Source: Octopus vulgaris (Eukaryota). From it: 64,000 nucleotides of DNA. The stretch's first letter is position 1, and each line of letters opens with the position of its first letter. This document shows positions 25,019 to 38,346 of this stretch, piece after piece. Where the stretch lies: contig OX597818.1 of assembly GCA_951406725.2 (NCBI GenBank), forward strand, positions 125,116,001 through 125,180,000. The letters are read 5' to 3'. The notes below the pieces were generated by a model. It worked only from the letters and a program-made list of their open reading frames with translations. It did not search any database and was not told the origin of the DNA. The translations under genes and the position numbers were made by a program.

Positions 25019-25225
25019 TTGTATACAGCTACACCACATATACTTACAGAGACACAACACTACATACATACATACATACATACATACATACATACATACA
25101 TACATACATACATAAATACATGCATGTATACATACATGTATGCATACATATATACATACATACGCAGCATCACAAAAGAAAAAATACATACATGTATACA
25201 TGCATACATACACACACGTACATAT
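24704..25225. repeat. Tandem and inverted duplications of a ~48-bp unit around (TA)n and (TATG)n tracts
   Basis: TAGTGTTGTGTCTCTGTAAGTATATGTGGTGTAGCTGTATACAAG three times on + and twice on -. Confidence 0.9.
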
Positions 25226-25229
25226 ATAA

Positions 25230-25506
25230 GTGGAGGCGCAATGGCCCAGTGGTTAGGGCAGCGGACTCACGGTTTCGATTCCCAGACCGGACGTTGTGAG
25301 TGTTTATTGAGCGAAAACACCTAAAAGTTTCACGAGGCTCCGGCAGGGAGTGGTGATCCCTGCTGTACTCCTTCACCACTCTTTCTTCTGTTGGCCTGCT
25401 CGTTTAGCCAGCGGGGTGGCGTCATTCGAAGGCTAAAACAATGCGAACGCATTGTGACCAGCGATGGGTAACTACATCTGATGGACTGGTCGGTCACGTG
25501 ACGTGA
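25230..25506 (+). mobile_element. SINE-C-related element with alternative 3' tail
   Basis: Head GTGGAGGCGCAATGGCCCAGTGGTTAGGGCAGCGGAC; middle shared with 6836-7141; tail shared with 51805-51923. Confidence 0.85.
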
Positions 25507-25779
25507 TATATATAAAAACGACCTCGAACACACAAATGCAAACAAGGGAGTCAGAGAAAGGCAGAATGCTACTTATATCTGAACACTACTACAGAAATAT
25601 TCTTTTAAAAAAACTTTTCTTCTAATTTTTCTAAATTTAATTATTTAATCGTTACAGTTGAAAAGGTCTCAAAATGACCGAAACCGGTACTGAAAGATTC
25701 ACTATAAAATTACCTTAGCATTTTCTATTTTTGACTTGTTTTTTCATATATATCAACTCGTGTGTTCCTTTCCACCCTT

Positions 25780-25824
<45 letters not shown>

Positions 25825-26345
25825 GTGTGCATTATTGAGTGTGAGTAGGTGTGCTTATGGGTTGCTCATAGCTCGTTGTTTATTTAATATTTCTGTTTGC
25901 TCGGTCTCGTTTCCTCGTTTCACATAAGTCTTATACATGCTCTCCGTTCGAGATAAGGCAAACTCTCTCATACGCGGACACACTCATACAAAGATACACA
26001 CACACACACACACACATGCACGAGTTTTAATTATGTGTGTGTGTGTGTGCATGATAAAAATAAAGTTATTTTTACACTTGTGTAGGTAATTCTTAAGTCA
26101 GCCGACACTTGGAGAAACCGACTTTCAAGCCTTTTGACCGGAAAAAAGACCTCATTAACCCACTAGAAAATTAAAAATATACACACATATGTCTGTATGT
26201 AAGTGTGTATATTTGTATGTATGCATGTATGCATGTACATATGTATATATGCATATATATATATACATGTATGTATATATGTATATACATTTATATATAT
26301 GTGTGTGTGTATGTATATATATGAGTGTGTGTGTGTGTGTATGAG

Positions 26346-26396
<51 letters not shown>

Positions 26397-26548
26397 ACAT
26401 ATATAGAGATATAGTTATGGCGGTGCTCGTGAATGTCCGTCATCAAAAGACTGAAACCCGTTCAAGAGCAAAGAGAAGTATGTTTTCGCTTATCCGTCCC
26501 TTAACTACGGATGATAAACATACGCACGCAAACACACTCAAACACACC

Positions 26549-26592
<44 letters not shown>

Positions 26593-26843
26593 CACACACA
26601 CACACACACACACACAAATACATGCATACATTCGTGCATAAAAGCATATTATATGCACGAATACACAAATTCACAGGTTTAGATACATATATGCATACAT
26701 ACATACGTTAATAAATACTACATACATTTGTAGACAGACACACAAGCAAACATGCATAGACAGACAGACACACAGATATACAGGTAGACAGTCAGAGAGA
26801 CTGCCAGATAGATAGCTACCTAGCTAGCTAGATAGATAGATAG

Positions 26844-26895
<52 letters not shown>

Positions 26896-26940
26896 ATTTT
26901 ATCTAGTTTCAGCTCACGAGATAGATAGATAGATAGATAA

Positions 26941-28034
26941 GTTTCTTTATTGGCCACACAGGTCTGCACACAGATGGGACAAATTACAAGGTAGAGCTTT
27001 TCTTTTGGGGGATGAAAAAAAAAGTGGCGTAAGTTTTCTATCAAAAGGGATCGTAAAAGGGAAAAAGAAAAAAAGAACAAAAATGGAAAAGAAACAAAAG
27101 AAAAGAAAAAAGAAAAAAGAAAAAAGAGGAAAAAAGGGGAAGAGGAAAAAAAACGATCTATAGGAATCGTGTATCACAGTGTCATGATGTACGGTGTAAA
27201 GGGGGAAGCAGATAAGGTTTATCCGTGGGAAGAAAAGCCTACGAAAAAGACCACGGTAACCTCGGTCAATATTGTTATATGTTACCACATTTGTTTGCAA
27301 GTGGGTAACCCTCTGTTTTCAATTTCTGGGATCATAGGATTATGCTCAAGATGGCTTCGTCATTCATACGTGCCATCCTTGCTACATTCACCCATCTTTT
27401 TTTAAAACATTCGCTAGACAAAACTTACCTCTCTACTCTCACTTTCCTTTTCAAGTGGTTCTTGAAGAAGTTGATGAGAGATTGACCAGAGAGGAAAGTG
27501 TTTGTCTCCAATCCTTTCAGACGCGTCCACCAGATACATTCTTTCGCCATAGCCACAAGGGTGATGAAAATAGCTCTTCCTTCCCGTTTGAAGGAAGGAG
27601 GCGTGACAATATTGACGATAGACTCAGCTGATAAACTGACTCGTCCCACACGTGACAGCAGTTGTTCGACATAAGCCCACAGGTCGGAAATTGTGGGACA
27701 CTGCACGAGTGCGTGCAGAACGGTTTCGTCGTTCTGACCGCATCTCGGGCAGGTCGGCCCCGTGTTTCTCGAGCCGTGTCTGTAGAGCTTATCCCGAACG
27801 GGTAGCGCTTCTCGGTAGCACTGCCAGGCCAGGGATCTCTGGAAGTTATCCATGGGCCCTGGCCCGAAAGTCGTCCCGAACAGGCGGGTCAGGTATTCCT
27901 CGTCGACGTCCAGGTTCGCCCTGAGCTCGTCGTCGTACCTCCCCTCCACTACCCCCCTGTAGAATGCTTGGGTTGTGATGGATTCACTCAGGGTCGACCC
28001 GGGACGGCAGAGTTGCCTGAGAGCAACGCGACAC
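26941..28034 (-). mobile_element. Tx1/L1-clade LINE 3' fragment in (GATA)n
   Basis: ORF 27425-27949 has zf-RVT-type ALPVRDKL...CPRCGQNDETVLHALVQCP...W and AKECIWWTR; 3' end AATAAAGAAAC; GATA repeats on both flanks. Confidence 0.88.
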
Positions 28035-28040
28035 TAGATG

Positions 28041-28072
<32 letters not shown>

Positions 28073-28073
28073 T

Positions 28074-28138
<65 letters not shown>

Positions 28139-28322
28139 CGCATAGACTAAGAGACGTTTAGTAGATGATTATATATAGACATACATACACACATTCATTC
28201 AAACATACGTTCGGATATACATAGACAGACATACACATAGACGGACAAACAGACAGATAGATAGATAGATAGATAGATAGGCAGACAGACAGATAGATAA
28301 ATATATATATATATAGAGAGAG

Positions 28323-28429
<107 letters not shown>

Positions 28430-28931
28430 CAGATAGTGGTAACGCCGGATATATAATCGCCATGAGACATGAAAATCTTTAAAAACACATGTTCATTTAT
28501 TCCTAATACAGATTTGTTTATATAGATAGAGAACGAATTCTTGTTGATCTATGGTTAATTTCCTCAAATATTTGCCTTTAGCTTTCTTGAACAAATTATC
28601 TATGAAAACATCTTATTTCGTACAATGGTAAACCATCTGTAATGAACATCTACATTATCTGATAGAAGCTATTGATGGCGTTTTAATGAAAATATATCAA
28701 TATATGTTTTCAGAACGAGGCTAGATTTTGTCATATGCAAACATGCTTAAGATACAGAGACGTTTGTTTTATGATTTGATATGTGAATGTGGTGGTGTGA
28801 GGTTCAGTGTGTGTGTGAATACTTTTTCTGCGTGTATGTGCGTAGATGTGTGTTTGTGTGTCTGCCTTTATGTACGTGTGTGTGTGGATGTATATATCTT
28901 TGTGTCTCTGTGTGTGTGTAAATGCATGTGC

Positions 28932-28963
<32 letters not shown>

Positions 28964-28990
28964 CATTATTAAAATCTCTGAACGAGATGT

Positions 28991-29317
28991 AAACAGTAAC
29001 CGCTCGACAATGTAAGGTATAATAGCCATCTCAATATGGCTGACCACAAAGAGTGGGTGTTACTCTAGCTTTTAGCCCCAGGAGATCATCGTCTCCAGCT
29101 GGCTTTAGGCACACTATCTGTTGCCTTATGGTATTTGCAAAGGGAGGCCATCCCTCTCTCATAAGCCTAAGTGATACGCACGGACCGCAGTTTCGAGGTT
29201 GTTGCCTCTTGTCAACGGGCGGTTATCACCGGTTCACGATGAAAGGGAAAGCCTGTATGCAACTACTTAAGTGTTTTTCTAGTAACTTCCGTCACTGATT
29301 TCGAAAAACTGTCTGCA
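28991..29317 (-). mobile_element. Short element with decayed hammerhead motif between 28-bp direct repeats
   Basis: AGCATTATTAAA(A)TCTCTGAACGAGATGT at 28962-28990 and 29318-29345; motif at 29178-29220. Confidence 0.6.
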
Positions 29318-29975
29318 AGCATTATTAAATCTCTGAACGAGATGTGGTTTCGATTCCTGGACCGGGCGTCGCGTTGTGTTCTTGTGTGAAACAGTTTATT
29401 TCGCGTTGCTCCAGTCCACTCAGCAGACAAAAATGAATAATACTGAGACGGACGTGTGTGTGTGTGAGTGTGTGTCTATACACACACACATATATGCTTG
29501 TATGCACACATACACATATACACACATAAATATATCATATTCATTTAATGTGTTATTCACGCACAGTGAAAACTGCAGTTATGTATTTATATAGCGAACT
29601 TTTTCGATCTCACTCTTCCTCTCATTTTTACAGACATTCCGTAGCTCCTTCTGTTTCTCTCTCTCTCTCTCTCTCTCTTCCCCTTTCTCTCTTTTTCACT
29701 AATTTTCTGTTCCTGTCAGTATTTTGAATGGGCATATGTTTGTGTATCTCCGTGTGTGTGTGTGTGGTCATTTCTATATACTTTTTTTCGAATGCGTGCG
29801 CGTGTATATAAACAAAAGTGTTATTCCACATTAATCTTCAAATGAAAGCTTAACGATTCCGTTTGATGTTTTTTCAATGTGACTGGCTTATGACTTGCTT
29901 CATAAGCGATCATTTGCCGAATTAGTTACGAATAATCCCTTGACTTACAAATGATCACAAACACAAACACATATA

Positions 29976-30037
<62 letters not shown>

Positions 30038-30042
30038 CACAC

Positions 30043-30095
<53 letters not shown>

Positions 30096-30178
30096 TGCGC
30101 ACACACAAATACTCTTGTTCGGTAATTTAACCTCGTACACACTAATGTAAAGTGAGAGTAATATACAGATACACACAC

Positions 30179-30209
<31 letters not shown>

Positions 30210-30244
30210 TATATATATGTGTGATTGTGTGTGTGTGTGTATAA

Positions 30245-30280
<36 letters not shown>

Positions 30281-30295
30281 GTGTATATATATATA

Positions 30296-30354
<59 letters not shown>

Positions 30355-30450
30355 GTGTATATATATATATATATATATATATGTATGAGTGTGAATGTGT
30401 GCGTGTGTGTATTCATATACTTGTGTGTATTATTTATATACATGCATTAA

Positions 30451-30620
30451 GGCGGCGAACTGGCGGAGTGGTTAGCACGCCGGAAAAAAAATGCTTTGTG
30501 GTATTTCATCCGTCTTTATGTTCTGAGATCTAATTCCGCTGAGATCGACAAAATAAGTATCAGTCAAGCAGTGGGGTCGATGTAATTAACTTATTCCCTC
30601 CCTTCACACTTGCTGGTTTT
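30451..30620 (+). mobile_element. Older SINE-B-related copy, internally deleted
   Basis: GGCGGCGAACTGGCGGAGTGGTTAGCACGCCGG...GGGGTCGATGTAAT. Confidence 0.7.
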
Positions 30621-30637
30621 TATACTCACACATACTC

Positions 30638-30713
<76 letters not shown>

Positions 30714-32126
30714 ATTATATTACATATCAGTTGACAGCAGTGACGGCTTGTGCATAGGTATTGCAGAACTGCAGCACCTCCTGTTTCCTCTCGATATTAT
30801 CGATAACATTCAATATAATGAGTCCTTTTTTCTTTAATTCTTTCTTTATATTTGTACATTGTATAATCCTTAAGCTTAATGTCAGTAGTCATCCCCTAGT
30901 TTATGGAAAGAAGTACAAAAATCCTTGTATAGAACTGTGCGCTTCACAGTTCCAGCGATGCGATGTTTGGCTGTTGTGCGCATGCTCACATGTCCGAGAT
31001 AGGAAGCTGCACGCTAGGAAGAGAAAGTACTGTTGTTCACGCCGTGCCGACCCTGGTGTGCAGGTGAAAGGTAATGTTTCTTTTCGACTCTGCGTGTGTT
31101 GTGCTTAAAAATGTGTTTATATTCTTGAATGTGATAAAGTGTAGAATTAGATTATTAACCTGCTTCCAGCTACAGTGTTGCTGTCAGGATTTGAAAAATA
31201 GGGCAGATTTCCCCCCTTATTTTGTGAGTTAGGGGGGATTTTTGAAAAACAAGGCGGAATTCGCGGCGGTGATCAATGAACAAATTAAACACATTACTAA
31301 AACGCAAACCGATCAAGTTTATGAATGAATTTTTTTAATACTTTTCTTTCATTTTACACAATATTAAAACAACGGCTAAAAATTTTCTGAAGCAGCGCTC
31401 CCACCAATTTTATCTACGAGCCGCCACTGGTTAACGAGTGACTAAATGTTTGTAGCCTCAGCATTTCTGTAGATGGCAGCAGTGGTTTGTGTAATACACA
31501 GAAAACATATATCGGTCCTTGACAGCTTTCGTATGTGTTACTTCTTTGCTAACTATAACTCTTGCTTACATATGACTGATTTAGAAGCGGAATAGCTGTA
31601 AGCTGAGTGGATTATTAAACCTCTTAATGAAAGCAGTGCTGTGTTCTTGTGCGTATACAGGGTCGGAAATGCCCTAGCAGATCTACAGAGATATTCCAAA
31701 CGTTCCACGCTTGAACTGCTTCTAGAACAAGCTTGAACATGACATGTCAACCAATGATCCTTTATCTGCTAGAAATTATAGCTCGATCAGACTGATCGAA
31801 CATACCTATGTTCGATCAGACTTATCTAAAACTGGTGTTAAATATCACCAATACCTTACATGGGGAACACAAACACAAATCCTCGCAAACCTGTCCAATA
31901 AACTGTGACATTTAATGATGCTCATGTTTCATTAGGCAGAGTTTGTGTATATGCACATGTGCATGTCTGAAAGTGTGTCTTATTAAATGCCAGGAGCTAC
32001 GGTTTTCTGTCCAGGAATGGTCCCCTTAAAAACGTATAGTGTTAAAGCACAGTATGTATTTGAATGCGTGTATGTGTATGCATGTGTGTACGTGCATATG
32101 TGTATGTGTGTGAAAGTGTGTTTGTA

Positions 32127-32260
32127 CTTTGCCGTTCATCCTTTCAGGGTCGATAAATTAAGTACCAGTTACGCACTAGAGTCGATGTAATCGACTTAAT
32201 CCGTTTGTCTGTCCTTGTTTGTCCCTTCTATGTTTAACCCCTTGTGGGCAATAAAGAAAT
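32127..32260 (+). mobile_element. 5'-truncated SINE-B with 13-bp TSD
   Basis: TSD AAGTGTGTTTGTA at 32114-32126 and 32261-32273. Confidence 0.9.
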
Positions 32261-33048
32261 AAGTGTGTTTGTATGTGTGCCTTAAAGAGTTTGATAAATA
32301 TAATACAAACTGAATACTATATACTCGCCCCCTATGTATAATATATATTTTGGGGGATGTCTTTTCTTTAAATTCCTTCGTTTCTTTTCACTTTCTTCCC
32401 TTTGTACATTTTTCTTTCTTGCTTGCTCTCAATTTTTTTTTCTGTTTTTCTTCTGACCAAAATCTGCAGAAGTTTTCTTTTTTCTTTCTGCTTATTGAAA
32501 ATTCCTCACCGTTTTTCTCATCTGGTTCCAATAGATGGGGAAACAAGTGGAATTTCTTTCATTCTAACAAAATAAACGTAAAGAAACAAAAAGGGGAAAT
32601 ACAAAGACAGAAAGAAAGAAAGAAAGCAAGAAAGAAGGAAAGCAAGTTAGAAAGAAAGGAAGAACGAAAGAGAGACCATTCACAGTACGAGAAGAAAAGA
32701 AAATGTAAGGCATGGATTGCAGTGGGGAATATAATAAAACAAAGAGAAATGTCAGAGAAATACAATGATTCTGAAGAATGTGGCGAAAGGAACTGAAACA
32801 ACGAAGAGTATAAGGATACATGAAACAAAATTAGAAATATTCCGAAGAATTCCGTAGAGTCTCTTGGTTTCTATTGGTAAAATAAAGCAAAATAGTCTAA
32901 AACAATCGGTTTGTCATATAACTAGAAGATAGAAGTTATGACATGCGCATAACGCCCGTATGGACACAAAATACACACACACTTAGACACATACATACAT
33001 ACATACAAAAGCACATATACATACATACAAATATACATTCATACATAC

Positions 33049-35334
33049 AGAGGAGCCTCGTCAGCATGGTGTTGGCTTTGCCGTGAGAAACTCATTACTC
33101 TCCTCAATAGAACCACCACCAGGAGGCACTGAGCGTATCCTCTCTCTGCGCTTCTTAAGCTCTTATGGCCCAGTACATCTACTGAGTATCTATGCTCCCA
33201 CTGTCTACAGCTCAGAAGATACTAAGGACCAGTTCTACAAAGATCTGAACTGTGTCATTAGAAACATATCAACCAACGAAAACATCTATCTTCTAGGAGA
33301 TTTTAACGCTCGTGTGGGATCTGGTCATGACCCGTGGTTCATTTCTGTCGGACATTTTGGCATTGGCAATATGAATGACACTGGTCAGAGACTGTGCATC
33401 ACCAACACATTCTTTGCCAATAAGCCATCCCACAAGGCATCTTTGAGACATCCAAGATTTCACCACTGACATCAGTTGGATCTTGTCATCAGACGAAGAT
33501 CCTTTCTGAATTCTGTTCAACTGACCCGTAGTTACCACAGTGCCGATTGTGACACAGATAATTCACTAATAAGCAGCATGGTGAGGATTCTGCTTAAAAA
33601 AGTTCATCACTCCAAGAAAATGGGCCGATCACGCATTAACACTGTCAGAACCTTGGACCCTACACTGCGGAAATGTTTTGCTGTTTCTATCAAGGCTGCC
33701 CTCAGTAGCTGGCCATCCTCGTCTGCTGAAAGTAGGTGGAATTATATCCGGGAAGCTTTGTATACCACATCAATAGATACTTTCGGCATGAGTGAAAGGC
33801 ATAACCCAGATTGATTCAGTGCTGGGCTCTCAGAGTTGGAACCAGTTATCGAAACAAAGCGCGTAGTTCTGATGCAATACAAGAGTGATTCTTCTACAAA
33901 GAAACTCGAAAAACTCAGAAAGGCAAGAAGTAAAACCCAAGTGACTACCAGACGCTATGCAAATAGGTATTGGCAGGAAACGTGTCAGAGTATCCAGTCA
34001 GCTGCTGACAGTGGCGACACCCGTGGAATGTATGCTGGTTTGAAGAAGGCCCTGTGTCCATCCGCAACCAAGTCAGCCTCTCTGAAATCAACTACTGGAG
34101 ATCTCATCAAAGACCAAAGCAAGCAAACAGATAGATGGGTGGAGTACTACCAGGATCTTCACCCACGGGAGACCACGGTCGCTGAAGCTGCAATCGAGTG
34201 TGCCAAGATCTTGCCAGCTATGTGCGAACTTGACAGTCTGCCGTCCATGGCAGAGCTCACAAAGGCTATTGGCTCCCTAACCAGTGGTAAGGCCCCGGGA
34301 AAAGACGGCATCCCCTCAGAGATCATCAAAGCCGGCAAAAACACCGCCCTGCTTCAGAGCCTTCATGAGCTTCTATGTCTGCTGGAAAGAGGGTACAGTC
34401 CCTCAGTATATGCGGGATGCTAATATCATTATGCTTTACAAAAACAAAGGTGACCCTGGTGATTGCAACAATTGCCGTGGAGTATATTTTCTCAGCACTT
34501 GGAGAGACCTTTGCCTGCATAATCCTGTTCAGGCTACAACTGCTTGCTTCTCGAATTTATCCAGAATCGCAGTATGGCTTTAGAAGAAGCGGATCAACTA
34601 TTGGCTTGATATTCTCCATACGCCAACTTCAGGAGAAGTCCTGAGAGCAGAAAATGCCATTATGTATGGCCTTCATTGATCTGACAAAGGCCTGTGTACT
34701 TAGCACTCTGTTGTTTGGCAGTGAGACCTGGACGCCATGCACACGCCAAGAGCGTCGCTTAAATATTTTTCACTTGCGCTGCCTCCGGAAAATCCTTGGC
34801 ATCTAATGGCAGGATCGAGTCCCCAACAAAGCAGGAATACCAAGCATGTTTGCACTCCTCACGCAAAGGCGTATGAGATGGCTTGGACATGTTAGTCGTA
34901 TGGAAGATGGCAGAATCTCCAAGGACATACTCTACGGAGAGCTTGTTAGGGGCACTAGGTCTGTTGGAAGACCGTTCTTACGGTACAAGGATGTCTGCAA
35001 AAGGGAGATGAAGGCCTGCGACATCAATATCAGCAACCGGGAAGCGGTTGCCAGCAACTCTGTGGACATTGGCGACGCACCATAGAAGAGGGAACACAAA
35101 GGAGTGACAGGGGGAGAGAGGAGAAATGGAAAGACAAGACGACAACAAGAAAGTATATTACAACCAGCCAGGCAAAGTCTTCGCTACACCTACGTCACCT
35201 GCCAGAGGGAGTGTTTGTCCAGGATAGTACCACACACCCACAGCAGGAGATGAAAATGACATGAAATGTAAAAACCAGATTGGATTATTTTATGCGCAAC
35301 TCCATTGTCCCCCGAGACAAAAGGATGCCAACAA
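33049..35334 (+). mobile_element. RTE-clade (BovB-like) LINE, decayed, internally deleted
   Basis: APE motifs SIYAPT, LGDFNARVG, TNTFF and SADCDTD; RT start GKAPGKDGIP, PESQYGFR, RQLQEK and FIDLTKA; then LLFGSETWT, RWLGHVSRM and ILYGEL; tail CGAGACAAAAGGATGCCAA. Confidence 0.92.
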
Positions 35335-35859
35335 TATATATATACACATGTGTACACACATGCTGTGTGTGCCTTTGTGTTTGTTCCCCCACCACTGTGT
35401 TAATATATGTCCCTGTAACTTAGCGTTGTGTCAAAAAAACTGATAGAATAAGCACTAGGCTTTAAAAAGCACTTGCGTAGATTCATTCGACGAAAATAAC
35501 TTAAGACAGTGCTCCAGCTTGGCCGCAGCCTAATAAGTAACACAAGGGAAAAATAAAAGATATAGATATGCATAAAGTCAACAGATGAGATCCAGAGATT
35601 CTCAATATTAAAATATTTATTAATACTTCTTATTACTTATTAAACCTTTACCGAAGACCAAGCCCACGGGATGAAGAGTGGTTGTAAGAGGAATCCAGAT
35701 GAGCAGATACGGAGATAATGATGCAAAAAAAGAAAGAAAAGAAAACTACTTTGATTTATATGTATATGTGTGTATGTATATGAAATATTAAGACAGAGCT
35801 AATAGTGAGGAATTGTCACTATAGAAAAATATGTAATGACTATTATTTATACCTTGTCA

Positions 35860-36275
35860 TATATGTATGTGTGTATGTATGTATGTATGTATGTATGTAT
35901 GTATGTATGTATGTATGTATGTATGTATGTATGTATGTATGTATATGTGTGTGTATGTGCGTTTGTATGTATGTATGTATGTGTGTATGTATGTATGTAT
36001 GTATGTATGTATGTATTTGTGTATGTATGAATGTATGTATGTATGTATGTATATATGAATGTATGTGTGTATGTATGTGTGTATGTATGTATGTATGTAT
36101 GTATGTATGTATGTATGTATGTATTTATGTATGTATGTATGTGTGTATGTATGTATGCATGCATGCATGTATGTATGTATGTATGCATGTATGTATGTAT
36201 GTATGTATGTATGTGTGTGTGTGTATGTATGTATGTATGTATGCATGCATGCATGTATGTATGTATGTATGTATG

Positions 36276-36307
<32 letters not shown>

Positions 36308-36350
36308 TGTGTGTGTGTATGTATGTATGTATGCATGCATGCATGCATGT
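35860..36350. repeat. (TATG)n microsatellite
   Basis: Direct inspection. Confidence 0.95.
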
Positions 36351-36361
36351 ATATCTATGTG

Positions 36362-36603
36362 CGTCTATCTGTCTGAATTTATCCCTCACCCTTGCTTGAC
36401 AACCGGTGTCGGTGTGTTTCACGTCCCCGTAAATTAGCGTAACGACAAAAGCGACCGATAGAATAAGTACTAAGTTTTCAAAAAGAAAAAAGGGGGGAAA
36501 AAAGTCAATCCTGGAGTCCATTTGTTCGACTAAAAACCTTTAAGGCATTCTCCAGCATGGCCGCAATCATATGACTGAAACAAGTGAAAGAAAAAAATAT
36601 AAA

Positions 36604-36608
<5 letters not shown>
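36362..36608 (+). mobile_element. SINE-A 3' half
   Basis: GCTTGACAACCG...GACCGATAGAATAAGTAC...CTCCAGCATGGCCGCA...GACTGAAACAAGT; a more decayed copy lies at about 35360-35560. Confidence 0.8.
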
Positions 36609-36656
<48 letters not shown>

Positions 36657-36900
36657 CGAAGTAAACCGTCACTTAGGCCATGGTTGTTTTTATGTATCAC
36701 GTTCTTTGTTTGTATTTAATATGATTTATGTCAAGAAAGTGTTAGTGTCATCTTACGTATTGTGTGATTTATGCATGAAATATAATCCTATTTTATGCAG
36801 TCATATCTGCTTTCACATACACCCATGTGATATACATATTTGTGTATATATATATATGTATGAATGAGGGTTGTGTAAATACCTACACACACACATACAC

Positions 36901-36943
<43 letters not shown>

Positions 36944-36948
36944 TGTAT

Positions 36949-37381
36949 ATGATTATATATAAGTATATATATATGTATATATATAAGTTTGTATCTATTT
37001 ATATATATAAATATGTGTGTCTGTATGTATATTGTATATATGTAGGGATAGGTATTTACATAGCACCATTCATACATGCGTATATACACAAATATTTATA
37101 TTATTTGGATGGATGTATATATATGCGTATATATATATCTATCTATATATATATATACTTATATATTATCATATACATATATATATATATGATTATATAT
37201 AAATATATATATATGTATATATATATAAGTTTGTATCAATTTATATATATAAATATGTGTGTGTGTATGTATATTGTATATATATATGTATGTATATATG
37301 TATATATGTAGGTATAGGTATTTACATAGCACCATTCATACATGCGTATATACATAAATATTTATATTATTTGGATGGATG

Positions 37382-37413
<32 letters not shown>

Positions 37414-37530
37414 CTTATATATTATCATATACATATCTGTGCATGTGTGTGCGCGTGTGTGTGTGTAGGTAATTACATATCCCCATTCATACACATAAAC
37501 ATAAATATGTATATTACATGGGTGTATGTG
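36949..37530. repeat. ~240-250-bp tandem duplication in TA-rich DNA (two copies plus a partial third)
   Basis: ATAGGTATTTACATAGCACCATTCATACATGCGTATATAC...TTATTTGGATGGATG repeated. Confidence 0.85.
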
Positions 37531-37697
37531 AAAGCAGATATGACTTGTATATATCTATACACACACACACACACACGCACACACACGCACGCACACACAC
37601 ACACACATATATATATAGGCGCAGGAGTAGAAATTTTACCGGTGAATGTGTTAAATTATAAGGCACTAAAAGAGAATGACTCTCCCCAGACATAATA

Positions 37698-37756
<59 letters not shown>

Positions 37757-38058
37757 TGCAAGGTCTAATCAATAAGTATCACGGGTGTTGCCCTAGTAAC
37801 GAAGCCAAAGCATGCAGAGTGAAGCCGCTAACAAAAGATTAACGTTGAATTCTGCTGTGCATCCGTACTAAGTTTTAACGTTTTAGCTCACTTCCGCTGT
37901 TTACAGCAGTGCTTGGTAGGAAGGTGTGAAAATTCTATTAGTGGCTGAAGATTGCTCGACATTTCAAAACTGATGTAATACTTACAGTGTTTAATATAAT
38001 GAAGTAGCATGAAACAATTGTACTACTCTATCTTGGATATACTTGTTGCTTATTTTGA

Positions 38059-38110
<52 letters not shown>

Positions 38111-38247
38111 CCATACATGTGTGTGTTTGTATGTTGGTGTGCATAGCAGTGAGTCTGCAAACGAATGCAAGTAGCACTAAATTTTAGGTTGCTAGCTATT
38201 TGCATTCGTTTGCACACATATATAGATATGTGTGTGTGAATGTATAC

Positions 38248-38338
<91 letters not shown>

Positions 38339-38346
38339 CTGGGGGG

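Noticed and set aside
31173-31429. Possible hAT MITE (CAGTG...CACTG)
   Set aside because: Only 5-bp terminal match and no TSD
37757-37930. Possible mariner MITE left end
   Set aside because: Degenerate, and no matching right TIR found
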